Shown: piece after piece, positions 10,620 to 24,746 of the stretch
How positions within the stretch are numbered: the stretch's first letter is position 1
Layout of the letters: each line of letters starts with the position of its first letter
Source: Rhina ancylostomus
Lineage: Eukaryota
Direction: 5' to 3'
Assembly (NCBI GenBank): GCA_030265395.1
Contig: JARFYF010000112.1
Coordinates: 18,108,140 to 18,169,709, forward strand
DNA: 61,570 nucleotides
The notes under the pieces: model-generated
What the model saw: only the letters and a program-made list of their open reading frames with translations
Database searches by the model: none
What the model was told of the DNA's origin: nothing
Program-made: the position numbers and the translations under genes

Positions 10620-13160
10620 GGTATAATAGACAATGGAGAACCGGTTGTGTGGTGTATTGGGATTTTGATAGCTCTTTGGACAAGTCCCTTGGGATTAGTG
10701 TACAAAATTAAAGCATGTGGGATAACAGGTAATATCATAGCATACTATGAAAATTGATTGGCAGTCATGAAATCAGATGGGAATAAATGAGTTTTTCAGG
10801 GTGTCAGGCAGTGGCTCATGGGCTACTGCAGAGATCAGTGCTAGAACTGCAGCTAATTTGGCTTGGGTGAGGGAAGTTAATGATGTGGTGATGTGTTGGC
10901 ATTGTGAGGAGGATCTAAAGATACTTTGATCATTTAGACAAGTTGAGTGGGTGGATACATAACAGATGCAGCATGACATGGAAGAATATAACATTATTCC
11001 CTTTGGCAGGAAAAATAGGTAGTTTTTTTTCTGTTGAGGATGTGGGCTTCTCAGGCTGAGCCAGCACTTAATTGCCCATTTAACTGCTGTCATCCGTGAG
11101 GTGTGGGTATACCCACAATTCTGTAAGAGAGAGTTCCAGGATTTAGACCCAGTGACAGTGAAGAAATGGCAATGTATTTCCAAGTGACGATGGTGTGTAG
11201 CTTGGAGGACAACTTCCAGGTGATGGTTTTCCTATTGCTTTTGTTGCTCTTCTAGCTGGTAGAGGTGGTGGATTTGGAAGGTACTGCCTAAGGAGTCTTG
11301 GTGAGTTGCTTCAGTGCATCCTGTACAAATTGCTGCTACAGTGCATTAGTGTTGGAGTGAGTGAGTGGTTGTGGATGGGGTGCCTATCAAGAGGGCTGTT
11401 ATGTCCTGTATGGTGTTAAGCTTCTTGTTGAAGCTGCTCTTGTCTAGGCAAATGGAGAGTATTCTCTCTCACTCCTGACTTGTAGATGGTGTCAGGCTTT
11501 GGAGAATTTGGATTCACTGCAGGATTCCTAGCCTCTGATCTGCTCTTGTAGCTACATTGTTACTTGCCACCTATCAGTCCAGGCCTGGATATAGTTAAGT
11601 TTTGTTGCGGATGTGGACTTCTTTCTTATCTGAGGAGTCGCAAATGGTGCTGAATGTTGTGCAATCATCAGCTAACATCCTTACTTCTGACCTTTATGAT
11701 TGAAGGAAGGTAATTGAGAAAGCAGCTGAAGATGGTTGGGCCTAGGACTCTACCCTGAGGAACTCCTGCGGAGATGTCATGTAGCTGAGATGATTGTCCT
11801 CCAACCACAATAACCATCTTCCTTTTTGCTAGGTATGATAACCAGCAGAGGGTTTCCCCCTGTTTCCCATTGACTCCATTTTGGCCAGGAGGCCTTAATG
11901 CCATCCTGGATTAAATGCTATCTTGATATCAAGAGCATTTACTCTCGTTTCACCTCTGGAGTTCAGCTCTTTCTTTTCCCCCATTGTTTGGACCAAGGCT
12001 GTAATGAGGTCAGGAACTGAATGATTTTGGTGGAACCCAAACTGAGCTTCTGTGAGCATGCTCTTGTAAAGCAAGAGCTGTCAATCATCCCTTCCATCAC
12101 TTGAGGGGATGACTAGTGGGGTGGTAATTGGCTGGGTTGGATTTGTCCTGTTTCTTGACAGGATATACTTGGACAATTTTCCACATTGTTGGGTAGATGC
12201 TAGTGTTGCAGCTGACTGGAATATCTTGGTGATTGGGAGATTTTTTTTTATTTATACATCACGGTAACAGGCCCTTCTGGTCCAATGAGCCCATGCTGTC
12301 CAATTACACCCATGTTAACCTACTAACACGTACATCTTTGGAATGTGGGAGGAAACTGGAGCACCCAGAGGAAACCCATGTCGAATGTGCAGACGGCAGT
12401 GGGAATTGAACCCCAAATGCTGACGCTGTAATAGCATTATGCTAACCTCTAACCTACTGTGCTGCCTGATGTATCTGAGTGTCCTTGTATACCAGTCGCT
12501 GAAAGCAAACAAGCTAGTGCAGCAATTAAGAAAGCGAGTGATGTGCTGGCCTTCATTGCAAGAAGTTTTGAGTATTATACAGGGCCTTGGTGCAGCNNNN
12601 NNNNNNNNNNNNNNNNNNNNNNNNNNNNNNNNNNNNNNNNNNNNNNNNNNNNNNNNNNNNNNNNNNNNNNNNNNNNNNNNNNNNNNNNNNNNNNNNAGGG
12701 CCTTGGTGCAGCTACATTTTGAGTATCATCCATGATTTTGATCTCCTTGCCCAAGAACAGCTGTGCTAGAGAGGGAGTGCAATGAACATCCACCAGACTG
12801 ACTTAGTAAGATGGCAGGACTTTTGTATGAGGAGGGACTGGGTGGTCTGGTCCTACAATCGCTGGAGTATAGAAGAATTATGGGATATCTCATCATTATG
12901 ATAAGATTCTGATCATTTGAAAGGAGGATATTTTGACGATGAGGGTAATTTAGGATATGTGGCAAGATATTTGTGACTGAGATGAGGAGAAATTTCCTTC
13001 GAAGGTTGCAAATATGTGGAATTCTCTAGCACAGAAAGATAGAGGCCAAGTAATTGAATATGTTTAAGGATATTGGGACAGTGGGAATATGGTATTGAGG
13101 TAGAGAATTGGCCATGATGATGATGAATGGGGGCAGGCATAAAGGCCCAAATGGCCCATG
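10620..13160. mobile_element. Nested repeat cluster: decayed + strand CR1 (10620-11020, 12480-13160) interrupted by a - strand L2/CR1-clade LINE (~11030-12230) and a - strand SINE (~12240-12470)
   Basis: ORF 11668-11904(-) has ISAGVPQGRVLGPTIFSCFLN. SINE core 'tctttggaatgtgggaggaaactggagcacccagaggaaaccca'. CR1 motifs AIKKASDVLAFIAR and RALVQLHFEY on +. Confidence 0.7.
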
Positions 13161-14231
13161 ATTTCCTTACCCTGATTTCTCAACCCTTATTTAGTTTTAG
13201 TCTTTCACATTTACACCTACTTCCTTGAACACTCCTGCTTTCATGCCCCCTCTGTTTTTGAGATTGATTCCCAATATTCTTGCTAATCATTTCCTGATCT
13301 CTGCTAACTTGTACATTAACCCACTTTTTGAGCATGATCAACTAAATTTCTATCCAATTCTCTCATAATTTCTCCTACCAGGACTCCAACCATAGTGACA
13401 TTTCTCAACTGTGTACTCTCCCATCAAACTTGTTTTTCTTTCTCTGCTGTTCATGATTACTGATCCCATCTGACTGTATTCCATTGTGTTTGGTGCATTG
13501 ACTTGTTGCTGATTGGCCTGTGTACCAATAGAGTTGTTAATGCCAATCTCACTCTTTTCCAGCTCTGCAACTGCAGCTATTGTATCTCCAGCAAATTAAT
13601 TTGCATGTTACAAACACAACTGGATTATAGCATTGTATCCTTGCAATTTTACATAGGAAAATTAACTTGTGGATGCAGATGATATTGATCTTGATCTTGT
13701 AACTAACTATACAAGAAGTAGCAGAGGAGCAAACATTCTTTCACCTGAAGTTGTTTCTCTGCTCCCTTTCCACTAAATATCCCCATCCCTATTCACTTTT
13801 GATAAACTAATGGGCAAACTAACCCGAAGACCATTCCGTGAATCAAATTGTAGACTTGTACCTCCATAACATCACACTCCATTTGAAATCCTTATGGGCT
13901 TGTCACTTCTAACTTGAGTTTCCTTTATAATTTTCCTTGCTTCCTGAATTCATAAACTCTAATTTGTTCAAACCTGATAATAATCAATGGACTCACGATG
14001 CATTTGTGCTCAATTTCAACTTAAAATTATAATAGTGTTCATATTTGCTTTTGTTTAATATCTGTGTTACATGATTGAGAAATGGATCCTGCTAGGCTGA
14101 GAGAATTCAAACTTTCAGGTTCTCGTGACTTTAGTTGTTTTGCATGAGATGTATTTATTAAATCGTAATGATGTATGAAATATACTAAATTACCTTTCTT
14201 GATTTTAGACAGCAAGTTTGAACTGGTTGCA

Positions 14232-14317
14232 ATGGATGATTTGGGAAGAAGTAACTTCAATTCAGTTGATGAGGAAATTAGTTATTGGAAAGAGCTTGCT
14301 CTGAAATATCAACACCG
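14232..14317 (+). CDS. NDE1: NDE1 (nudE neurodevelopment protein 1), first coding exon
   Basis: ATG at 14232; MDDLGRSNFNSVDEEISYWKELALKYQH(R). Acceptor TTTTAG at 14208, donor CG|GTAAGA, phase 2. Confidence 0.93.
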
Positions 14318-14894
14318 GTAAGAATAATGCACAGATCCCCTCTGAGAATGTCATTAGTGTAAGATATGGCTCACATTGTTGCACTTCTTCTGAATATTTA
14401 ACATAGTAAATTTAGTCTAGGTATCTGCTTGTAGCTTTACAAAACAAAACACCCTTGAGGTTTACAGATGTTCTGAATGTGGATTAGCATAAATTCAACA
14501 TGTTTCCTACAGTTAGCCCTTTTCAACTATTTGACAAATTATTTGAAAACACTGATAAAAGAAATTTGTATAGAATTTACAATACAGGTTTGGCTGTTAG
14601 GCTTAACTGGTCTATGCTGTTAAATATTCCTGCATGGGTATTAATTTACTCCTATTGGTATGTGATTCTGTTCACTTCAACTTCATGAAGTTTTTTTAAA
14701 AAAACTCAGTTGCAATGAAGTGGTCTGTGTAGTAGTAGGTTGCACATTCTGACCAGTAATTGGGATAAAACATTGGGGAATTGCATTACGGGATTTGTTA
14801 CTGACACTTGTCTTAAATTTGGATTTGAGTGGAAATATCTCAAGAAAATGGTTAAACCAAAATCTGGCTTTTTCTAAATTTTCTATTTTATTAG

Positions 14895-15048
14895 AGCACA
14901 CGACGCTCGGGAAGAACTAATTGAATTCCAGGAAGGAAGTCGAGAACTGGAAGCAGAATTGGAGACGCAGCTTGAACATGCTGAAAATAGAAATCGCGAG
15001 CTGCTGTCAGACAACAATCGTCTCCGTATGGAACTTGAGTTGTTTAAG
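14895..15048 (+). CDS. NDE1: NDE1 coding exon 2 (coiled coil)
   Basis: [51 protein letters not shown]; AG/GT boundaries, 154 nt, phases consistent. Confidence 0.96.
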
Positions 15049-18004
15049 GTGTGTTGGTGGGGAAACTCTTCGTAAATATAACAGCCATGTGTTTTAATAC
15101 AACCATTTTAAATACTAGTAAATTGAACACTTGGCCTGTGGTTATTATCAGAGTTGAGCTTTAACATAAAATTTGGCCTGGTGTTCGTTGCAATGACTAA
15201 ATCGTGTTCCAAGGCCGGCCTACCTACCTGCCTAGAACTCTTATTGCAAGGACTGCATTGGGATTTGTGATGATTGCATCGAGGTAAGTTTGCCTCCATT
15301 ACTGATGTGTTCTCTGTGAAACAGAGCTATGTTTTGAGAGGTAATTTTTGAGTAGGCTTTGATCTGTTAAATACAACTTGTGAGAAATCTTTTTCTGATT
15401 CTTTGGCAGCTGGCCACCAAGCCTTCCAATGTTCTATTTTGTATTAGTTTGGGGAATAATTGTCAAGTCAGTGGATTCTTTCTGTTAACAGAAAACTCGC
15501 ACGTGACGTTTAATGAGTATGACTTTCCACATTAATCCTCGTTTTTATCTATATATTATGTTGACAGGGAAGGATATTACAATGATAATTGCATTTATTT
15601 TGGGCTTCAAGGATCACAGTCAATATGAACAGGCTGTTTATTCATTGCGGGCACAACCCTACGTCTGTGGTGGGCTCATTTTATCGTGATGTTAATTTGG
15701 CAGAAGATCAGATCATTACTGGTGGCAAGAGGTTTGTTCTGTAAATGAATCTGTTCATAGTCTGACACTATAAATGGGTATTGAATTTATTCACCAAGCT
15801 TTTTTTCAATGATTCGTTTTCAAAACTTTCAATAATACCAATTATATAAACTTTCTTAGATATGGTTTTGTCTTTGAATACATATTCTAATATTTGACAT
15901 GCTTTTGAGCATTTGTTTAAAATCTGAAGTCTTTGCTTAGTTGATAAATCTTTCATTTTATTCTGTAGAAAGATAATTTCAGAAGAATTTCTTTGAATTT
16001 GTCTCTACTGTTAGGTAACTTGTACTAAACTTGCTAACCTGTTTAAGAAATATGTTTTTAAAGTGAATAAAAAGGCATTGTTTAGACTGGTATACAGACA
16101 GTGGCCTTTCCTTTTTAAAAAAAAGGAATTGATTGCTGTAATCTGCTGTGCAATTTGCTGAATTTTGACTTGTGTAGGTGCTGGATGTAATTCTGGATTT
16201 ATAAATGTGAATAATTGGGGTAAGTTTTTGGTTGAAATGGAATAAATGAGGCCTGCCAGAGTTGCAAATATAGATCTATTTTGGTTAGTTAAAAAGAAAT
16301 CCATTGCTATCAGTGTTGTAGCTCTGTCAAAGGGGTACTGTTAGGTGCAGGATTTTTTGAAAGGCAGTGTGATCTGTGGTAAAAGAGCTTGCTGCACTAA
16401 TCATGGACTTCTGGGTTTTATTTGTAAAGAGAATTTTGACCTATATAACTGAATAGTCACTCGTATGGCACAGTTGATGATGGGTAGAAAATTGCAAATA
16501 TGAGCTTAAAACCATGTCAAGTGAGTTGATTTTAGCTGTGGACACTGATTGTGAGGAAAAATTTGATCTTGCTGATTCTGACTTGTGCAATTTTGACGTG
16601 TATAACAGGATACTGGTGATATTAAAGGTAGGCTTTCCCAAGGTGGCCCTTTTATAATCGTTCTGTTAGCAATTTGTTCTGGTGACACACTGGAGGTCCA
16701 ATATGACCAATAGGAACTTTATCTAATTTGAGGTTCTGTGTTCTGTCTTTGACTTGAAAAATTAAAAGCTAATTTGTATGGTAATATTGCTTTGTGCACT
16801 TTATGTACAAAGGGAATTTTATGACAGACTTGGTCTATTTCTGATCATATTTAACAGTTATCTTGATTTAAAGTTTTAAAAACTTTTTGAATTCCCATTT
16901 GAAGTTGTGTGCTTGTTAAATTCTGAGTCATCACTGCAAACAAAAATCCAATTTTTTTAAATTCAAGTCTATTAATGAAATGGTTCTTTATTTGCTGTTC
17001 TTGGAACTAGTTTTGGAATTGCCCTGTTTACATTCTTGAAGAATGGTCATAGTCACAAAATATAGAAAAAAGGCCCTTTTGGCCCACCAAGTCCACCCAT
17101 CCATTTACACTAATCCTGCATTGCCTTCATTATCTTCTAATCAAAGAAATTTAAAGATTTTACACATTTGCTGCAAGGACTGTAAAATGGGTTATGCTAC
17201 TTGCACCAATTTACTTCTGTACTAATTTCCTAATACTAAAATCGAAGTGGATCAGTTTTGTTTAATTGAATTTGTTTAAGGGTAGGCAGGAGCACTTCAG
17301 GTACTCAGCAGGTCAATGTTCAGCTTTGAGTTTACAGACCCATCTCTCTCTGTGACTGTGTATTAAATTTGTTTATTTGCACTTGTGTTGTAATTGCAAG
17401 ATTTTATTGCAGAAGTATTATTTGCTGGTGGCTGTTTTCACTTTGGTAGCTTGGGTTTGTAGCAAATGTGAATAAATGGGGAAAGAGCAGATAAGAGACC
17501 ATAGACTTGAATTTTTCAGCTCAAGTTCTGATGAGCTTTGCAATTCTTCTATGAAGGTGGAATTCCAAGATGTGCTGGCTGAGCTCTGCCTGGCTGCATT
17601 CCACGCTGTGCCATCCTTTGTCCAGCAGCAGAGCAACACCCGTCCTGAAATTGCCTGGCATTCACATGAGAGAATCTGCTCTGATCACAGTTGCCGAATG
17701 GTTACAGCATGGAAGGAAGCTATTTGGCAAATTGAGTCTGCACTGGCTTTATCGAAGAGCAATCTTGATGGTCCCACTCCTTTATAACCCCATGACAAAA
17801 TCTTCCTCTGTGCTACCTCTGGAGTGTAGTTATGGTCTTAACTATTTGCTGCATTTGAAAATATCACTTTTTAAGGTTCTTTTGCCATTCTGTCTTCTGA
17901 TACTTGAACACTTCAATAGAAATAGTTTCTCTCAAGCTTCATTACTTTAAATCCTCTTGCATTCTTGTTTTCAATAGAACGATCCCACAAGCACAGTCCT
18001 TCAT

Positions 18005-18527
18005 CCCTCCAAGAGAGATGATCAAAACTAACCCGACTCAAGTTTTGTCAAGGGCAGGTCCTGTCTCACGAGCCTGAGTGAATTTTTTGAGGATGTGACT
18101 AAGCACATCGATGAGGGGAGAGCAGTGGATGNNNNNNNNNNNNNNNNNNNNNNNNNNNNNNNNNNNNNNNNNNNNNNNNNNNNNNNNNNNNNNNNNNNNN
18201 NNNNNNNNNNNNNNNNNNNNNNNNNNNNNNNGGGCTGAAATGGTGGCGACAAGAGGACATGGGTTTAAGGTGCTAGGGAATAGATATAGAGGAGATGTCG
18301 GTGAAAGTTTTTTTTACTCAGTAGTGAGTGTGTGGAATGGGCTGCAGGAAATGGTGGTGGAGGTGGATACGATAGGGTCTTTCAAGAGACTGTTAGATAG
18401 GTACATGGAGCTAAATAAAATGGAGGGCTATAGGTAAGCATAGTAATTTCTAGGGTAGGGACTTGTTCGGCACAGCTTTGTGGGCCGAAGGGCCTGAATT
18501 GTGCTGTAGTTTTTCTATGTTCTAAGT
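18005..18527 (+). mobile_element. CR1/HER1-type LINE; RT fragment and 3' end separated by an assembly gap
   Basis: FVKGRSCLTSLSEFFEDVTKHIDEGRAVD before the gap; TRGHGFKVLGNRYRGDV...SFKRLLDRYM and tail 'gggccgaagggcctg...tctatgttcta' after it. Confidence 0.85.
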
Positions 18528-19965
18528 TGTAGCTAAACTGGTGTATGTTTATTATGACTTGCCTGCTCTTGTATTCTGATCAGGATCCTGTTTGCTGCAA
18601 TAACCACTTTCAACAAATTTGTCTTCTCCCCTCCCCCCCGATCTGTTTTTGTATCTTTTTTTCTCATTCTTCCTACCAAACTGTGACACTTTGAATTTCA
18701 TCCACCACATCTCAACTATTCCACCAATCTGCCTTTCGAAGTCTCTGCCTATTTTCTCATGTCACCTATTGTTCACCATGTCTCCGAGCTCTGTGCCATT
18801 TGCAAATTTGGATATTGTACCTGGTACACCCAAAGCTTTAATACAAAAGTAGTCCTGGAAGAAATTGCTTGAACTCCACTATATACATCAATCAAGTAAA
18901 TAACCTATTTGCTACTATATATTAAATTGGGCTATGTTTTGATCTATGCAGCCATGGCTTGCTTTATTCCATCAATTTGAATCTTGATGACAAGCCTATT
19001 ATTTGAGCACTTTTATCAATGCCTTTTTTTTTGGGAACTTTGGATAATACCATGTGAGCTGTCTCTATGTCAAAAAGGACTATGAAGTTAATTGGATACT
19101 ATTTGCCTTTAGAGAAAGCCAGCACAGATTTGCTAATCATTCCATTCATGTACTATTTCTGTTGCTGACTGTTTGTAGAACCAGTTCCAATAGAGATTAA
19201 ACTGACTGGGCTGTAGTTGCTGGAGTGATTCTGATGCCCTTTTATTGAACAAAGGTGTAACACTTGCAATTTCTGTGGTGTTGGTTACCATCTTTGAATA
19301 TTTAGATGCTGGATTATGGGCAAGGCCTCTGCTTTCTTCCTCTTCCCTCCACAACCTATGACACATTCCATCTGGACAAGACTATTTACTCACTTATATT
19401 GCTTTTCAAGTACTTCCCTTTTATGGAAGTTTTAGCCCATTCAGAATCTGAACCACTTTCTTTGAAACTTTGGTTCATTGCTCGGAGTTGAAAACGGGGT
19501 CAGATTCTCATAGTGTGAGAACGGAGGAGTAGCTGGTATTTTCTTGTCAAGTTTATTATTAATAAATGCATTTGAAGTTTAAATTAATATTTAATTCAAT
19601 GTAGATTATTGCAGTTTATTGTCTCAACAATTGACTTTTGTCCTCTTTCTCCTACCATCCAATAAAAAATATAGATAAGCAGTTCCTTGGGTGATAGGAG
19701 TCCTTATTAAGCTATTCTAGATTATCAATGATGGATGATCAAGGAACTCCAGATGCTGGAAATCTGAAATAAAGATAATTGTTGGAGGTACTAGAGTAAT
19801 TCTGATTGCAGGATTGATGGCCTGAAGTATTAGCTAGTTTGGTTTTGGATTAAAAAAAACGCACTGAATTTGAGTGAAGGAGGAACTGCCTTTATTACCC
19901 AAATTAGACTAGTATGGTGAAGTCTATCATCAGTTATTTAAGCGATATCTAATTTGTAATTTCAG

Positions 19966-20114
19966 GAAAAGCTAGAAGAGCATCACACAGAGAATTATAA
20001 GCAAATTAGTTTGCTGCAAGATGAACTTACTGAGACCACAGCAGTTAAAGACCAACTGCAGAAGTACATTAGAGAACTGGAACAAGCCAATGACGATTTG
20101 GAAAGAGCAAAAAG
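19966..20114 (+). CDS. NDE1: NDE1 coding exon 3
   Basis: [49 protein letters not shown](R); TTTCAG acceptor, AG|GTACT donor, 149 nt. Confidence 0.96.
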
Positions 20115-22364
20115 GTACTCCTTCAATGTATTACTATGTTGAATGTTTGCAACAACTGTAAATTTATGAAAAAGATTTGAAGGGAATCTGATGAGAGCCA
20201 TTTCCTCTGGCTGGAAAGTTTAGAATTTGGCCATATCCTGAAGATAAAGGGTTAACTATTTCTGAGATGAAATTTCTTTCACCTTGTTTCATTTACTTTC
20301 TACAAGGACCCTGAATGCTCAGGTATCAAATATACTTGAGACAAAGCAATGCTGGATCTTTGGATGCTGTGGATAATGGGGATTAAGCAGGAATGGGGGC
20401 TTGAAAGAGAAGATGAGACCTGATGCGTAAAGCAAATATGATGGTCCACTGCTATTGTCCTTGGGTTAACATGCAAGATTTATAAGCTATTTGGGCATGT
20501 CGGTGAGGATGGTTGCCCAGTAATGTTCTCTTATGTATAGTTGCACATTGTACAAAGAATTCAGTAAAGTTGTAAACTTGTACATCTTGTGATCTAATAG
20601 TCTTTGGAAACCTGACTGTGAACGTGATTGGAAACTGCATTCTTCAAGCTATTGGATAATCAGAAAGGCTAAAGAAATGGAGAGAAATAGTCTAAAGTTT
20701 GATAATAAACCAATTAATGGTAGAAAGGGCATTTGATAAAGGCTAGACAGGAATGTAGTGCTGTGGTTCTCAGTAGAAGGGTTTGGGGAAGAAGTTGTCT
20801 GTAGTTCTGACATTTGATATGATAGTGAAATGTGGAATTGTATCAGTGAAATGTAGCTGGTGCTCATTGGCTAGGTCCCATCTGAAATAAATCCAGTCCA
20901 CAGATGCTGAAACGTTTTTGATAGTTGGCTAAGTCAAAAGTCCTGATTTGTCCAACAGTCAAACAAAACATTTTGAATCTGATATTCAAAAATCCTTAAG
21001 CTATTAATTAAGTTAATTATTTGTTAAAGTTGGAATATTAAAACCTTAACTATTTAATATATTTTAAATATCCAAAGCTTAATTAACTTTATGCCCCTTT
21101 GCCATTCCTGTCCATTAAAACCAATAGTTCCTGTTGCTGGTACAAGTTCAGCAGGTGTATTTCCCAATGTTTGTGCTAGGGAAGTTTGTTCTGTCACTGG
21201 ACTCTGAGCAGGAGGAAAATACAAGCTTTCAAGGTTGCTTCAATGGGGAAAAAATACTCCACTTTTCCAAGTTTTAGATCTTTTGATAATATACATCTGC
21301 TTTGTATTTACTTGCAATAAGATAACCTCTCAAATGTGTGCTCCTCCTGAAGTCAAACATCAAAATTCTGCAGATATAGGAAGCACTTTCCAGACAGCAT
21401 CTTTTGGCAAAGGAAACGGTCATAACAAAATTCACCTGCCTAAAATGTTACATGTTGTTCTCTCCAGAAGTAATAACTTGATAGTTGAATATTTCCATTT
21501 GTTTTATTACTGTGCATAATATCTTTTGATACACAATCTACTTGTGATGGCAAAGTGTCAAATTGCATGTTAATTTGGATTGTGAGTTTGAAATTTGGTA
21601 GGATTGTTTACTTCAATTATTAAGGGATGAAGGTATTCTGTAATGTTTTTATAATGAGTCTTGTTTCTAATTCTAGCAGCCAATGAGCATTTTTTTTAAA
21701 AAGCTGGAAATGAAACACTATTTTGGGAGCCAGCTTAAAATGTGCAGCCTTGGTTATTGTGTCCAGACACTGGGCTCCCTTTAGTTTTTCCCTATATAAT
21801 CGAAAATGGTTAACTACACTTTGTAGTTTAGTATTTGAATACCTACAGTGATTTAATGAAAATTGTTTTCAGTGTCTCACTTAAAAAAAATAGTAAATCA
21901 GTTTGTATTTAGTGGGCATTTATGTAAAATAATAAGTATTGCCAGTTATGGGTGATGCATTTTTTAATCTGCAGATCAACACTATCAAAGTCGAGCATTG
22001 GTATTTTATAACACTTTCCCCAGTGTTGGAATGTTTTTTAATGAAGCATTAGATATCAGAAGATGAACTGTGAATTATGAAAACACTTTTAAGATTCTAT
22101 GCTACTAGTTCAACAGTGATTTAGAGGCTAATTGTATAGTGATTTGGCAAACATTGGTTTTAGTGGCTTTTAGGGAAGTTGTAAGTAATATAGCATCATT
22201 TTATTTCTTGAACAGTGTTTACATCTTGCAACTTAAGTTTACATTTTATTGAAGCCCAGGTTAAGTTTCAGATTGAAAATTGTAACTTTCCATCTTTTGG
22301 ACCCTTTTTGTCTTGTGACACCTGGTGTTTGCAGTGATTTATCCTAAATCTCTTCTGATACTAG

Positions 22365-22562
<198 letters not shown>

Positions 22563-22622
22563 TAATTTTGTCTGGAAAAACTATTGTCAGAAGCTTTTGC
22601 ACTAAAAATGATTTACTTCCAG

Positions 22623-22788
22623 ATCTGAGACAAGAATTGGCAGTACAGCAAAAGCCTGAAACAGTCAGAAAACCCTCAAATCCCTCCTTGGAGTCTGAAA
22701 ATACAACAATGCAAGCATCCACAACAATACCTTCAACCCCATTACTTTGCAAAGGACCCAGCAGTGTGTTTGCAACACNNNNNNNNNN
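22623..22788 (+). CDS. NDE1: NDE1 coding exon 5 (3' end hidden in the 10-N gap at 22779-22788)
   Basis: (D)LRQELAVQQKPETVRKPSNPSLESENTTMQASTTIPSTPLLCKGPSSVFAT; acceptor TTCCAG at 22622; GT immediately after the gap. Confidence 0.9.
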
Positions 22789-24663
22789 GTACTGTTCTTT
22801 CATTTGGTGGGGGGGGGGGGGAAGAGAAAATTATATTTTAGAATGACCTGGTGTGTTTTGCTCTTGGCTTCAATCAACCAGTATGTCAACAGAAATGTGG
22901 CTCACCCCAGCTAGAAATAAATTCGTAAAGTGTTTGTGAGAAATAGAAAAGGCATGGATAGTGTCTTTTCAGGAAAACGAAAGAGGGAAGTGATTTCATA
23001 TTCCAGAGTCGATTTTAAAAAAAAATCAACACTTGAGTTGTGTATTAATTAGATATTGACCTTTTTAGTTTTTCAAAGTTGGATACAAATCCAAAATAGC
23101 TTATGATAAGGAAATGACTTTTTAAACTTGGCAGAGGCATAATGAGCAGAGTGGAGGCAGCCTCACTTTAAAATTAGTTGTGTTTTAATGTTGCATCTGG
23201 GTTACTACTGCAATGACACAAGGATCAGGTTTCAGTCTATATTGGTGACTTGATGAATGGACTGAGTGTACTATATCTAAGTTTGATTAAAGCATGGTGG
23301 TAAATTAAGTATAAGGAGACTTGCAGGAAGGTATCGAGACAAGTGAAGTAGAATGTAGAACACAGAACACTTTTATAGCACNNNNNNNNNNNNNNNNNNN
23401 NNNNNNNNNNNNNNNNNNNNNNNNNNNNNNNNNNNNNNNNNNNNNNNNNNNNNNNNNNNNNNNNNNNNNNNNNNNNNNNNNNNNNNNNNNNNNNNNNNNN
23501 NNNNNNNNNNNNNNNNNNNNNNNNNNNNNNNNNNNNNNNNNNNNNNNNNNNNNNNNNNNNNNNNNNNNNNNNNNNNNNNNNNNNNNNNNNNNNNNNNNNN
23601 NNNNNNNNNNNNNNNNNNNNNNNNNNNNNNNNNNNNNNNNNNNNNNNNNNNNNNNNNNNNNNNNNNNNNNNNNNNNNNNNNNNNNNNNNNNNNNNNNNNN
23701 NNNNNNNNNNNNNNNNNNNNNNNNNNNNNNNNNNNNNNNNNNNNNNNGACCCCAAGATCCCTCTGTTCCTCCACACTGCTAAGAATCCCGTGTAACCTTG
23801 TACTCCTACAAGTTCAATCTTCCAACGTGTATCACTTCACACTCTTCCAGATTGAATTCCATCTGTCAGTAAGTGTTGACATAAAGCATAATATAGGGAA
23901 ACCTGGGGTGGTTCTTTTCAGGTGAATAGCAAAACTGCATACCCTAAGTGTTAATGTTCAGAAGCAATCTGGGTGGTATTGTCTGTTCAGGAAGAGCAAA
24001 GCAAATGGTACTTAAGCTTTTATTATGATTAAGGTATTAAAAGGGAATTAAGATAAGGAAATCTCACTGCTGTAGTACCAAGTTTGAGATTAAATGTGAG
24101 TACTCCTTGCTGTTGTAGTCTTCTGATCTGAATGTTCTTGCCTTGGAGGAAATGCGGTATAGAGTTACTGGATTAATTTATGGGGTTGGCCCTTTCTGTG
24201 AAGAGTAGATAGTTTGATGTATAATCTTGAGTGATCCCATTAAAATTTTAATTTCAGTGGAGTTGTACATAATTAGATGTTGAGTTAACTTTATCTGGTT
24301 GCAGAATTTAGACCCTAAAGCTATAATCTCAGGATAAAGTTGGCTTTGGATGCTTGGCCATTTAGTACATTTGCGATGAGCTTGTTAGATTATTAGACAC
24401 CAAGAAAATCTAAGGATGTGGAATTCAAGTGTTTTTTGGGGGCGGGTGGTTTGGGTTTGGTGGTGTGGTGGTAGATAAATAAACTTGATGATCAAATTTT
24501 GGATTGTGGGCTGACTTGTGTGTTAAGTGGCCGCCTTTGATGCATTCCCTGTAAACTGTGCTAAGATTTCCAAGCACATGGGACTGCTCAATAACTGACT
24601 TTTACTCTATTATTTGGTTGTTATGATGTCTCCTGGTTATTAACTTTGTATTTCTTTTTCCAG

Positions 24664-24746
24664 ATGGTTACACTGGCAGTCCTCTGACTCCATCAGCCAG
24701 GATATCTGCACTTAACATAGTGGGAGACTTGCTTAGGAAAGTTGGG
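24664..24746 (+). CDS. NDE1: NDE1 coding exon 6
   Basis: [28 protein letters not shown]; pyrimidine-rich acceptor TTTTTCCAG, donor GGG|GTAAGG. Confidence 0.96.

Noticed and set aside
12581-12712. Identical 16-mer AGGGCCTTGGTGCAGC on both sides of a 100-N gap
   Set aside because: Most likely overlapping contig ends (assembly artefact), not a target-site duplication.
15568-15731. Possible poison exon in the NDE1 intron (GACAG|GGA AGG ATA TTA CAA TGA ... GAG|GTTTGT)
   Set aside because: Weak polypyrimidine tract and weak donor; no independent support from the sequence alone.
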